Virus record (IMG/VR): IMGVR_UViG_3300032233_001051
Span: 1 to 27,670 of that record
From: a virus
Taxonomy: Duplodnaviria > Caudoviricetes
Reading direction: 5' to 3' (one strand)
Length of the DNA: 27,670 bases
In this document: piece after piece, positions 16,760-25,361 of the stretch
Layout of the letters: every line of letters begins with the position of its first letter
Position numbering within the stretch: position 1 is the stretch's first letter
Position numbers and translations under genes: made by a program
The notes under the pieces: model-generated
The model's database searches: none
What the model was told of the DNA's origin: nothing
Seen by the model: the letters and a program-made list of their open reading frames with translations, nothing else

Positions 16760-17196
16760 TAGAATTTTAATGTCCCAATGGGTATAATAACTTGTGTCAA
16801 ACTACCATCCGTAGCAGTTACAGTTAAAGATATCTGGTCTGCTGTTTTAGTATACTGTATTGTATTACCTTCAATTGCAACTGTTCCACTTGTCTGTGGG
16901 TTTTCACCAAAAAGATTATTAACAAGTTGAGTAGATAGTTGTGCATACACACGACTTTCAAAATTGTTTAAAAACTTTTGGAGATTTGTATTGTTGGCAG
17001 CTGAAGCTGCATCTTTGGCTGCTTGTAGTCTGGCAGACTCTAGAGCTTGTTTACGGGTAGTCTCAGTATTCTCAATTGTTTGAATGTGTGATGAGTACCC
17101 TATGCCACTAAAGGAAGGTGATTTGAACTGAAAGATTTGTTCTCCACATACTAAACTACTTTTTAGTATTAGGAGTATCGTTAGTAGTTTTTTCAT
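16759..17196 (-). CDS. csgF: CsgF-like curli assembly protein
   Basis: Signal peptide followed by QIFQFKSPSFSG (cf. CsgF F.F.NP.FGG), and F...ESR..AQLS. Directly upstream of csgG. Confidence 0.75.
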   Translation of the reverse strand: MKKLLTILLILKSSLVCGEQIFQFKSPSFSGIGYSSHIQTIENTETTRKQALESARLQAAKDAASAANNTNLQKFLNNFESRVYAQLSTQLVNNLFGENPQTSGTVAIEGNTIQYTKTADQISLTVTATDGSLTQVIIPIGTLKF

Positions 17197-17431
17197 CTTT
17201 AATATCTCGCATCATCAACACAATGTTGATTTTCTGGTTCAATCTAATTAAATCATTATCTAACATTCTTACACGGTCTATCAAAGCAATTAAAACAGCA
17301 CTCGCTTCTGAAAGAACAGGTTTTATTTCTTGTGTGGCCCATTGCCATACATAAAAGATAAGATAACCCATACCGCCAGCGGCAACAATAGGAAATCCAT
17401 ATTTGTTAATCATTTCTACTAAATCTGCCAT
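17156..17431 (-). CDS. small single-TM coiled-coil protein (GFPI motif)
   Basis: YGFPIVAAGGMGYLIFYVW TM segment. Paralogue of the upstream gene. Confidence 0.75.
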   Translation of the reverse strand: MADLVEMINKYGFPIVAAGGMGYLIFYVWQWATQEIKPVLSEASAVLIALIDRVRMLDNDLIRLNQKINIVLMMRDIKDEKTTNDTPNTKK

Positions 17432-17709
17432 TAGTCTTTCCTCGCATCGTTTTTACCATCGGCTCGTGCAATACGGTCAATATCTGGTTTTACGCCCATA
17501 GCGCTTGACATCAGAGTATCAATTCTGATAACATCATGGTTCATTGTTTTAACACGATTGTCTAAGGCAGTAATAATACCACTTAGAGATTTGACAGAGC
17601 CGGTAACACCAGCTAGAATAAATTTTAGGGTTAGGAATACAAAATACCCAGCAGCAATAGAGGATGCTATGGGAAACCCTACTTCAGCGACTAATTTGAA
17701 AAAATCCAT
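17431..17709 (-). CDS. small single-TM coiled-coil protein (GFPI motif)
   Basis: VGFPIASSIAAGYFVFLTL TM segment. First gene of the minus-strand operon. Confidence 0.75.
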   Translation of the reverse strand: MDFFKLVAEVGFPIASSIAAGYFVFLTLKFILAGVTGSVKSLSGIITALDNRVKTMNHDVIRIDTLMSSAMGVKPDIDRIARADGKNDARKD

Positions 17710-17718
17710 ATTTTTATA

Positions 17719-17747
17719 TTGACAATTATTGGTTATTCTGATATAAT
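17719..17747 (+). promoter_or_regulatory. consensus sigma70 promoter for the DNA polymerase operon
   Basis: TTGACA 17719-17724, 17 bp, TGnTATAAT 17739-17747. Confidence 0.85.
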
Positions 17748-17782
17748 CAATAAATCATCGATATAAGTATTCAATACATGGT

Positions 17783-17790
17783 TATTTATA
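17783..17790 (-). promoter_or_regulatory. T4-type late promoter for the minus-strand envelope operon
   Basis: TATTTATA on the + strand is TATAAATA on the - strand, 74 nt upstream of the first ATG. Confidence 0.7.
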
Positions 17791-17815
17791 CCGGTTATTT
17801 TTAAAAGGAAAACAT

Positions 17816-18124
17816 ATGGAAATCAAGATATTAAAGCTTATTACAGGCGAAGAGGTACTAGGAGAAGTTGAAATTGAATCAGAGACAGAGGTGGTATTGG
17901 TAAATCCAGTAGGAGTGGCTATTGTTCGTGGTAAAGATGGTCAACCTAATGTTGGTTTTGCACCATTCCCAATGCACGCCGACCAAAAAACAGGCGAATC
18001 TATTGCCTTTGCTAAGAGAAATGTGATATACTCCTATGTTCCAGCGAAAGAATTTTTAGATAATTACAATCAAATCTTTGGTTCTGGCATCGTACTTCCT
18101 AATAAACAACTAATTGTGGGTTAA
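17816..18124 (+). CDS. small T4-like phage protein (possible Sm-like fold)
   Basis: IKILKLITGEEVLGEV...VLVNPV pattern. AAGGA RBS. Confidence 0.7.
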   Translation: MEIKILKLITGEEVLGEVEIESETEVVLVNPVGVAIVRGKDGQPNVGFAPFPMHADQKTGESIAFAKRNVIYSYVPAKEFLDNYNQIFGSGIVLPNKQLIVG

Positions 18125-18126
18125 AT

Positions 18127-20664
18127 TTGAATTTTTATACAAGCGTTCAAAGTTTTAGTAATTACATCCTCTATCGAGGCATCAAAAATGGTAAGAGAGT
18201 GAAGGAAAGAATTGAGTATTCTCCTTCACTTTTCATGCCTTCCAAGCGTATAACTAACTTTACAAATCTACAAGGTGAGTATCTTGACCAAAAGATATTC
18301 CCTGATATGCGTGCGGCCAGAGAATACATCAAACAATTTGATGGTGTATCCAATTCCCACAAGATTTATGGTCAAACTAGGTATGAGTATGCCTTTATTG
18401 CCGATGAGCACAAAGGTATGGTTGACTATGAATTTGATAAGATATCAGTTGCCGTAGTCGATATTGAGGTTGGTTCTGAGAATGGGTTTCCTGATCCATA
18501 TGAAGCCAACGAACCAATCACAGCCATTACTATGAGTTATTTGAATGGTGATACATTTGTGTTTGGTTGTGGAATCTATGAAGTTCAAGGTAAAGAAATC
18601 TATGTGAAGTGTAAAGATGAACATACCTTATGTAAGAAGTTCTTGGAACTATGGGTCAAGAAGTGTCCAGATATTATTACAGGCTGGAACTCAAAGTTCT
18701 TTGATATACCATACATCATCAATCGTTTTCGTAAGATACTTGGTGAACCTGAAACAAAGAAATTATCACCGTGGAATTTTATTGGTGAACGCAAGACAGT
18801 AATTAATGGTCGCCAACAAATTGCATATGAAATGCTAGGTGTTGCCGCACTTGACTATATAGAATTATATAAATGGTATGCTCCTGGCGGTAAGTCACAA
18901 GAGTCATATCGTTTGGATGCAATTGCACAAGTTGAATTAGGTGAAGGTAAAATATCTTATGATGAATATGATAACCTACACACATTGTATCGGTTGAATT
19001 ACCAAAAGTTTATTGAGTATAACATTCGTGACGTTGAACTTATCATAAGATTTGAAGATAAGTTGAAACTACTTGAACTGGCAGTAACTTTGGCATACGA
19101 CACCAAATCAAACTTTGAAGATGTTTTTGCACAGACCCGTATGTGGGATGCGATGACTTATTCCTATCTTTTAGAAAAGAATATCATTGTACCACCTAGA
19201 GTTATCAAAGAAAAAGATTCAGCCTTTGAAGGTGCCTATGTTAAAGAGGTACAAGTTGGTTTACATGATTGGGTGGCTTCATTTGACTTGAACAGTTTGT
19301 ATCCACACTTGATGATGCAATACAATATTTCTCCTGAGACATTAATTGAACCTCAGGACTATACAGAAGAAATGCGTGAGATACTTTCACAAGGCGTTTC
19401 TGTGGATGCTTTATTAAAGAAATCAGTTGATACTTCTGGTTTGGTGAACGCAACATTAACACCAAACGGACAATTCTTTCGAACGGACATTCAAGGCTTC
19501 TTGCCAAGAATGATGGAAGAAATGTATACAGACAGAAGCAAATTTAAGAAATTAATGTTGCAAGCTAAGCAAGAATATGAGAATGAAAAAGATGACTCTA
19601 AGAAGTATGAGATTGAGAAACGAATTGCCAAGTTTAACAACATTCAACTAGCAAAGAAAGTTTCACTAAACTCCGCTTACGGTGCTTTAGGTTCTCAATA
19701 CTTTAGATTCTATGATTTAAGAATGGCTCTTGCTGTCACCTTAGCCGGTCAATATTCGATTCGTTGGATTGAGGCCAAATTAAATCAATACATGAATAAG
19801 TTATTGGAAACTAAAGATGTTGATTACGTTATTGCGAGTGATACTGATTCGATTTATCTACGCCTTGGAGGACTTGTTAATAAAGTTTACAACAATCGAG
19901 TGGATGATATCAACACTATTATCAGATTCATGGATAAGGTTTGTGATGATAAATTGCAACCGTATATTGATAAGTGTTATCAGGAGATTGCTGATTATAC
20001 TAAGGCTTATGCGCAGAAGATGCAGATGAAACGTGAAGGCTTGTCCAACAAAGGTATATGGACTGCCAAGAAACGATATATTCTAAATGTGTATAATAAT
20101 GAAGGTGTTCAATATAACGAACCAGACATGAAGGTTATGGGTCTGGAGATGGTTAAATCATCTACACCACAAGTTATTCGTGAGAAGATGAAGCAGGCCA
20201 TCAAGATTATGATACAAGGAACAGAGCAAGATATACATAAATTCATCGCTGATTTCAAAGAAGAATTTAAGAATCTGCCACCAGAAGATATCTCCTCACC
20301 CCGTGGATGTAACGGTTTGGCTAAATACTATGATGCAACATCCTTTTATAAGTTGGGAACACCAATTCATGTTAAGGGTGCTATTTTATACAACTATTAT
20401 CTTAAAGAAAAAGACCTTACTAAAAAATATCCTTTGATACAAGAAGGTGAAAAATTAAAGTATAGTTATCTAAAGATGCCAAACCCATTCAAAGATACTG
20501 TCATATCATTCCCAGGTAGATTACCAAAAGAATTTGGATTACATGATTACATAGATTATGATACTCAATTTGACAAAGCCTTCGTTGAACCAATCAAAGT
20601 TATATTACAATGTATGGGTTGGAAAACTGAAAAGACAAGTACACTAGAGGATTTCTTCTCATGA
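18127..20664 (+). CDS. gp43: family B DNA polymerase (T4 gp43-like)
   Basis: Exonuclease DIEV motif, SFDLNSLYP, KVSLNSAYG, ASDTDS and KKRY. TTG start. Confidence 0.98.
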   Translation: MNFYTSVQSFSNYILYRGIKNGKRVKERIEYSPSLFMPSKRITNFTNLQGEYLDQKIFPDMRAAREYIKQFDGVSNSHKIYGQTRYEYAFIADEHKGMVDYEFDKISVAVVDIEVGSENGFPDPYEANEPITAITMSYLNGDTFVFGCGIYEVQGKEIYVKCKDEHTLCKKFLELWVKKCPDIITGWNSKFFDIPYIINRFRKILGEPETKKLSPWNFIGERKTVINGRQQIAYEMLGVAALDYIELYKWYAPGGKSQESYRLDAIAQVELGEGKISYDEYDNLHTLYRLNYQKFIEYNIRDVELIIRFEDKLKLLELAVTLAYDTKSNFEDVFAQTRMWDAMTYSYLLEKNIIVPPRVIKEKDSAFEGAYVKEVQVGLHDWVASFDLNSLYPHLMMQYNISPETLIEPQDYTEEMREILSQGVSVDALLKKSVDTSGLVNATLTPNGQFFRTDIQGFLPRMMEEMYTDRSKFKKLMLQAKQEYENEKDDSKKYEIEKRIAKFNNIQLAKKVSLNSAYGALGSQYFRFYDLRMALAVTLAGQYSIRWIEAKLNQYMNKLLETKDVDYVIASDTDSIYLRLGGLVNKVYNNRVDDINTIIRFMDKVCDDKLQPYIDKCYQEIADYTKAYAQKMQMKREGLSNKGIWTAKKRYILNVYNNEGVQYNEPDMKVMGLEMVKSSTPQVIREKMKQAIKIMIQGTEQDIHKFIADFKEEFKNLPPEDISSPRGCNGLAKYYDATSFYKLGTPIHVKGAILYNYYLKEKDLTKKYPLIQEGEKLKYSYLKMPNPFKDTVISFPGRLPKEFGLHDYIDYDTQFDKAFVEPIKVILQCMGWKTEKTSTLEDFFS

Positions 20665-21518
20665 TTTTTTTAACACTATTATCAGCATTATTATTATCTG
20701 GCATTGCTGGATATTATTCTATACTTGGTCTAGCTGCCATCTTTACGGGGGCATTTTGGCCAATAGTCTTTATGGGGTCGGTTCTTGAATTGAGTAAATT
20801 AGTTACTACATCATGGCTGTATCGTAATTGGAAAACCTGCCCCTTTTTATTGAAGTCATACTTAACATCAGCAGTTGTTATTCTTATGATGATTACAAGT
20901 ATGGGTATTTTTGGTTTTCTATCTAAGGCACATATCGATTCAACAATGGATTCAGGTGCCAATACTGTTGAGATTAAAATATTAACACAACAAGAAAAGA
21001 TTACCAAAGAGAGATTGGAATATCTATTGGCTCGTGCCAAAGATCCATCAACGGCAAGTAATCGTTTAGATAAACAAATTCAGGATACACAAAAAGAATT
21101 AACCGAAATCAATAAGAAACGATTACCATTACTCAAAGAGTCCAACAAATTAGTGGCAGAAGTTGGTCCAATAAAATATGTTGGTGATATGATATATGGT
21201 ACAGATGATGATAATGCCATAGATAAAGCAGTAAGATTGGTAATCATGTTAATCATGGTTGTATTTGACCCCTTAGCTGTGTTATTATTGATAGCAGCAA
21301 ACATATCAATGCAACAAAGAGTTAGAATACCAGAAGTAGTAAAAGAATCAAAACCTGTTTCTGTAACAGAGACAGTTGAAGTTGATAAAGAAAATATAGC
21401 CGACATTGAAGAAGGTTATAGTCGTAAGAAAAGAGGCTTTCCCAATAGAAAGGGAAAACTAGAACCTAAGTATGATTATGATGCTGAATATGCATTTCGT
21501 GAAAAGGAAAATAAATGA
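20661..21518 (+). CDS. membrane protein with coiled-coil
   Basis: Three N-terminal hydrophobic helices, a coiled-coil, then VFDPLAVLLL in a TM segment. Coupled by ATGA overlaps on both sides. Confidence 0.8.
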   Translation: MIFLTLLSALLLSGIAGYYSILGLAAIFTGAFWPIVFMGSVLELSKLVTTSWLYRNWKTCPFLLKSYLTSAVVILMMITSMGIFGFLSKAHIDSTMDSGANTVEIKILTQQEKITKERLEYLLARAKDPSTASNRLDKQIQDTQKELTEINKKRLPLLKESNKLVAEVGPIKYVGDMIYGTDDDNAIDKAVRLVIMLIMVVFDPLAVLLLIAANISMQQRVRIPEVVKESKPVSVTETVEVDKENIADIEEGYSRKKRGFPNRKGKLEPKYDYDAEYAFREKENK

Positions 21519-22597
21519 GTACACTTGACAAAATTAAAAAGAACAGTAGTGTTAAAGAATCGGCTATATTATCTAAGTCGAAATTTTTCACTAATAAAGA
21601 TATGATAACCACATCGGTGCCAATCATCAATGTGGCTTTGAGTGGTAAACTGGATGGTGGTTTAACACCAGGTCTTACAATGTGGGCTGGACCATCGAAA
21701 CACTTTAAGACAGCATTTTCACTTTTGATGGCCAAATCCTATCTGGACAAATACAAAGATGCTGCACTACTTTTTTACGATTCTGAGTTTGGTACTCCCC
21801 AATCTTATTTCGATTCTTTTGGTATTGACACTAATAGGGTGTTGCATACTCCTCTTACTGACATTGAACAGTTAAAACACGATGTGATGCAACAACTAAC
21901 ACAACTTGAACGTGGTGATAAACTAATCATCGTAATCGATTCCATTGGCAACCTGGCGTCAAAGAAAGAAGTTGATGATGCAGTTGAAGGTAAATCTGTT
22001 GCTGATATGTCTAGAGCAAAACAAGTTAAATCATTGTTTCGTATGGTCACACCACATTTGAATCTAAAAGATATTCCAATGGTCGTAGTGAATCATACTT
22101 ACATGGAGATTGGTATGTTCCCTAAAGCAATCGTAGGTGGTGGAACAGGTTCATATTATTCGGCTGATAATATCTTTATCATTGGCCGTCAGCAAGAAAA
22201 AGAAGGAACTGAAGTCGTTGGTTACAATTTTATTATTAATGTAGAAAAGAGTAGATATGTTAAAGAAAAATCTAAGATACCTGTTACTGTATCTTTTGAC
22301 GGTGGTATTAGCCGTTGGTCTGGCCTGCTTGATATCGCTATTGAATCCGGTCATGTTATTAAACCTTCCAATGGATGGTATTCTAAGGTAGATAAAGAGA
22401 CAGGTGAAGTAGAAGATAAAAAGTATCGGATAAAAGATACCGACACCAAAGATTTTTGGTTGCCAATTATTACTAGTAAATCTTTCCAATCTTATGTTGA
22501 AGAAAAGTATCGTGTAGCATCTGCCGAGATTATGCAAGGTGGTGAAGAAGATTTATTCGATGACATTGTTACAATGAATGGAACTGAAAATGCTTGA
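21515..22597 (+). CDS. uvsX: RecA-like recombinase UvsX
   Basis: AGPSKHFKT, FYDSEFG, IDSIGNLASKKE and DMSRAK. Confidence 0.97.
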   Translation: MSTLDKIKKNSSVKESAILSKSKFFTNKDMITTSVPIINVALSGKLDGGLTPGLTMWAGPSKHFKTAFSLLMAKSYLDKYKDAALLFYDSEFGTPQSYFDSFGIDTNRVLHTPLTDIEQLKHDVMQQLTQLERGDKLIIVIDSIGNLASKKEVDDAVEGKSVADMSRAKQVKSLFRMVTPHLNLKDIPMVVVNHTYMEIGMFPKAIVGGGTGSYYSADNIFIIGRQQEKEGTEVVGYNFIINVEKSRYVKEKSKIPVTVSFDGGISRWSGLLDIAIESGHVIKPSNGWYSKVDKETGEVEDKKYRIKDTDTKDFWLPIITSKSFQSYVEEKYRVASAEIMQGGEEDLFDDIVTMNGTENA

Positions 22598-22913
22598 AGG
22601 ATTTGATTATTGTTTTATATACCCAAAGGATGATGCACAAGCCGTACACATTCGGTTATTAACCGGTCCCTATGTCGATACCATTTACAAATATGGTAAA
22701 GTAAAATTTGAGGAAAAGAATGATGAAATGCATTTACTTTTTCAATACGATGTGTTAGAATCCAAGGTGGACAAGCCGAAGAAACTAGAAAAAGATTTGG
22801 CATTTAAGAACTACATTGGTGATTTACTAGTGGAGATTATGGGTAGTAACATAGATGAGGAAGTTATTGATGAAACTGGAACAAGCGATATTAACCAGCC
22901 TGATTTACAATGA
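22590..22913 (+). CDS. hypothetical protein, positional equivalent of T4 gp40
   Basis: About 107 aa between uvsX and gp41, overlapping both. The identity rests on synteny only. Confidence 0.55.
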   Translation: MLEGFDYCFIYPKDDAQAVHIRLLTGPYVDTIYKYGKVKFEEKNDEMHLLFQYDVLESKVDKPKKLEKDLAFKNYIGDLLVEIMGSNIDEEVIDETGTSDINQPDLQ

Positions 22914-24252
22914 AGATTATTTAAGAAAAGTATTACCATTTATCAAACCTGAATATTTCTCTGACAGAACGGAGAGAACATTATTTAATGAAATTACATC
23001 ATTCACGGAAACTTACAATAACCCGCCGGAGATTGCAGCGCTTAGCATTGCCGTCAAGGAAAAAACAAATCTCACAGATGACGAAGTTCAGAAGTGTGAA
23101 GATTATCTTTCGGAAATTGAAAAAGATAATAATCCAAAAACCGAGATTCAATGGCTTGTTGATAAAACAGAAAAGTTTTGCCAAGAGAAGGCAATTTACA
23201 ACGCAGTATTGGGGTCTATTTCAATTCTCGATGGAAAAGATAAGACCAACGATAAAGGTGCGATTCCCAAAATATTATCGGACGCTCTAGCAATAAGCTT
23301 TGATACAACAGTTGGTCACGATTACTTACAGGACTCAGATGAACGATACGAATTCTACCACAGAAAAGAAGAAAGAATCCCTTTTGACTTGGATATATTC
23401 AACAAGATTACAAAAGGCGGACTACCTGCTAAGACGCTCAATATCGCTCTTGCCGGAACTGGCGTGGGAAAAAGTTTGTTCATGTGCCATATGGCTGCAG
23501 GAGCAATGGTACAAGGCAAAAATGTTTTGTACATCACTCTTGAAATGGCCGAAGAAAAAATAGCAGAACGAATTGATGCCAATCTATTGAATGTAACACT
23601 AGATGATTTAATGGAATTACCAAAGGATCTTTATGATAAAAAAGTTGAAAGAGTTAAAAGCAAAACTACTGGTAAACTAATCATCAAAGAATACCCAACG
23701 GCATCAGCATCAACTATCCACTTTAGGACACTACTTAATGAACTCAATCTCAAGAAATCTTTTATTCCCGATATTATATTCGTGGATTACCTTAACATTT
23801 GTTGTTCAGCTCGCATTAGGGCTGGTTCTAATATTAACTCCTATACCTACGTCAAATCTATTGCTGAGGAACTTAGAGGACTTGCGGTCGAATATAACTT
23901 ACCTATTGTATCAGCGACTCAGACAACTAGAAGCGGGTTTACAAGTTCCGATCCAGGACTAGAAGATACATCAGAATCATTTGGTTTACCAGCAACAGCA
24001 GACTTGATGTTTGCTTTGATTACAAGTGAAGATTTGGAAGCGCTTGGTCAAATCATGGTAAAGCAATTGAAGAACAGATATAACGACCCATCATACTACA
24101 AAAGATTTACAGTAGGTGTTGATAGGGCTAAAATGAAGTTGTATGATATTGACCAATCAGGTCAGATGAATATTACTGATGCAGGACATGATGATAAACC
24201 ATTGAACACCTTTGGTAATCGTGATAAAAAATTTGAAGGCTTTAAAGTATGA
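22870..24252 (+). CDS. gp41: replicative DNA helicase (T4 gp41-like)
   Basis: AGTGVGKS, LYITLEMAEE, IKEYPT, VDYLNI, SATQTTR and KQLKNRY. GAGG RBS before ATG 22870. Confidence 0.97.
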   Translation: MKLEQAILTSLIYNEDYLRKVLPFIKPEYFSDRTERTLFNEITSFTETYNNPPEIAALSIAVKEKTNLTDDEVQKCEDYLSEIEKDNNPKTEIQWLVDKTEKFCQEKAIYNAVLGSISILDGKDKTNDKGAIPKILSDALAISFDTTVGHDYLQDSDERYEFYHRKEERIPFDLDIFNKITKGGLPAKTLNIALAGTGVGKSLFMCHMAAGAMVQGKNVLYITLEMAEEKIAERIDANLLNVTLDDLMELPKDLYDKKVERVKSKTTGKLIIKEYPTASASTIHFRTLLNELNLKKSFIPDIIFVDYLNICCSARIRAGSNINSYTYVKSIAEELRGLAVEYNLPIVSATQTTRSGFTSSDPGLEDTSESFGLPATADLMFALITSEDLEALGQIMVKQLKNRYNDPSYYKRFTVGVDRAKMKLYDIDQSGQMNITDAGHDDKPLNTFGNRDKKFEGFKV

Positions 24253-25358
24253 TATTAGAAAGAGTTGATGCGTTGTATTGTGCCAAAGCATTCCATGATT
24301 ACTTTAGTGATTTTGGTACAATAGAACAATACATGAGAGATGAGAAATTAAAGTCTGTTGGTGAAATACCTCAGTCTTTATTTCCACCAGAAGATGATTT
24401 GTTCTCAGATTTTTCAATGCATCCAAAAGATATGGATATTGAAGTATGTGAAATACCTAATGATACATGGGAAACATTACTTGCAATCACATCTTCTCAT
24501 GTCAATAAGGCACCAGTTGGAAGAAACATTCAATTGGCAGTCCGAGAAAAGAATACACAGAAGATACTTGGTTTCATTCGATTGGGTTCTCCAGTCATTT
24601 ATATGAAACCTCGTAATGATATGCTTGGTCAGGTGTGGATCCAACAACCAGACTCAGCCAAACGATTTAATCAATCTACTATAATGGGTTTTGTTATTGT
24701 ACCTTCACAACCATTTGGTTTTAATTACCTTGGTGGTAAATTGTTATCTGCCATTTGTACATCACATACAGTCCGAGAGATATGTAATAAAAAGTATGGT
24801 ATGAATCTTTGTTTGTTTGAAACGACCAGTTTATATGGTTCAACAAAACAAGTATCACAATATGATGGAATGAAACCTTACATTCGGTTTAAAGGACTAA
24901 CAGAATCGGATATGGTACCAATGATGCACGGTGACCGATATAATACTTTAAAAGATTATGTGGAAGATAAGGTTGGAGATTTATTAGGTGGAGATGAATC
25001 TACCACAAGTAGAAAACTTAGGAGCTTCACCAAGATAATAGCTTTAACCAAAGCAGCACTTAAAGGTACTGATGAAGGATTGGCATTCAGCTTAACGATT
25101 GAGAACGCTAAAAGGTTGACAGAGAAAAAAAGATATTATGTGTCTGATTATGGTTTTAGTAACATGGTTGACTATATGAATTGTAAGGCCGACCAATTAG
25201 TAAAAGGCGAGAACTATGAAAAACATGAATTGGTAAACATCATCGAGTGGTGGCGGAGTAAAGCAATAAATAGATATGAAACTCTCAAAACAGAGGGTAG
25301 ATTAAGAACAGAGCTTGAAGTATGGACTTCAGGTAAAGACATTCAAATCATTAGGTAA
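24249..25358 (+). CDS. DUF4338/DruA-like protein (putative GNAT/Mom-like fold)
   Basis: PVGRNIQLAVRE...LGFIRLGSP, FVIVPSQPFGFNYLGGKLLSAIC and FETTSLYG..SQYDG. Confidence 0.7.
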   Translation: MILERVDALYCAKAFHDYFSDFGTIEQYMRDEKLKSVGEIPQSLFPPEDDLFSDFSMHPKDMDIEVCEIPNDTWETLLAITSSHVNKAPVGRNIQLAVREKNTQKILGFIRLGSPVIYMKPRNDMLGQVWIQQPDSAKRFNQSTIMGFVIVPSQPFGFNYLGGKLLSAICTSHTVREICNKKYGMNLCLFETTSLYGSTKQVSQYDGMKPYIRFKGLTESDMVPMMHGDRYNTLKDYVEDKVGDLLGGDESTTSRKLRSFTKIIALTKAALKGTDEGLAFSLTIENAKRLTEKKRYYVSDYGFSNMVDYMNCKADQLVKGENYEKHELVNIIEWWRSKAINRYETLKTEGRLRTELEVWTSGKDIQIIR

Positions 25359-25361
25359 AAA

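Noticed and set aside
18127-24252. Introns or inteins in gp43, uvsX or gp41
   Set aside because: The ORFs are continuous and of ordinary length, with no intein signature.
24249-25358. A complete Druantia defence system
   Set aside because: Only the DUF4338-like domain is present. There is no DruE-like helicase or other dru gene, and the context is phage replication.
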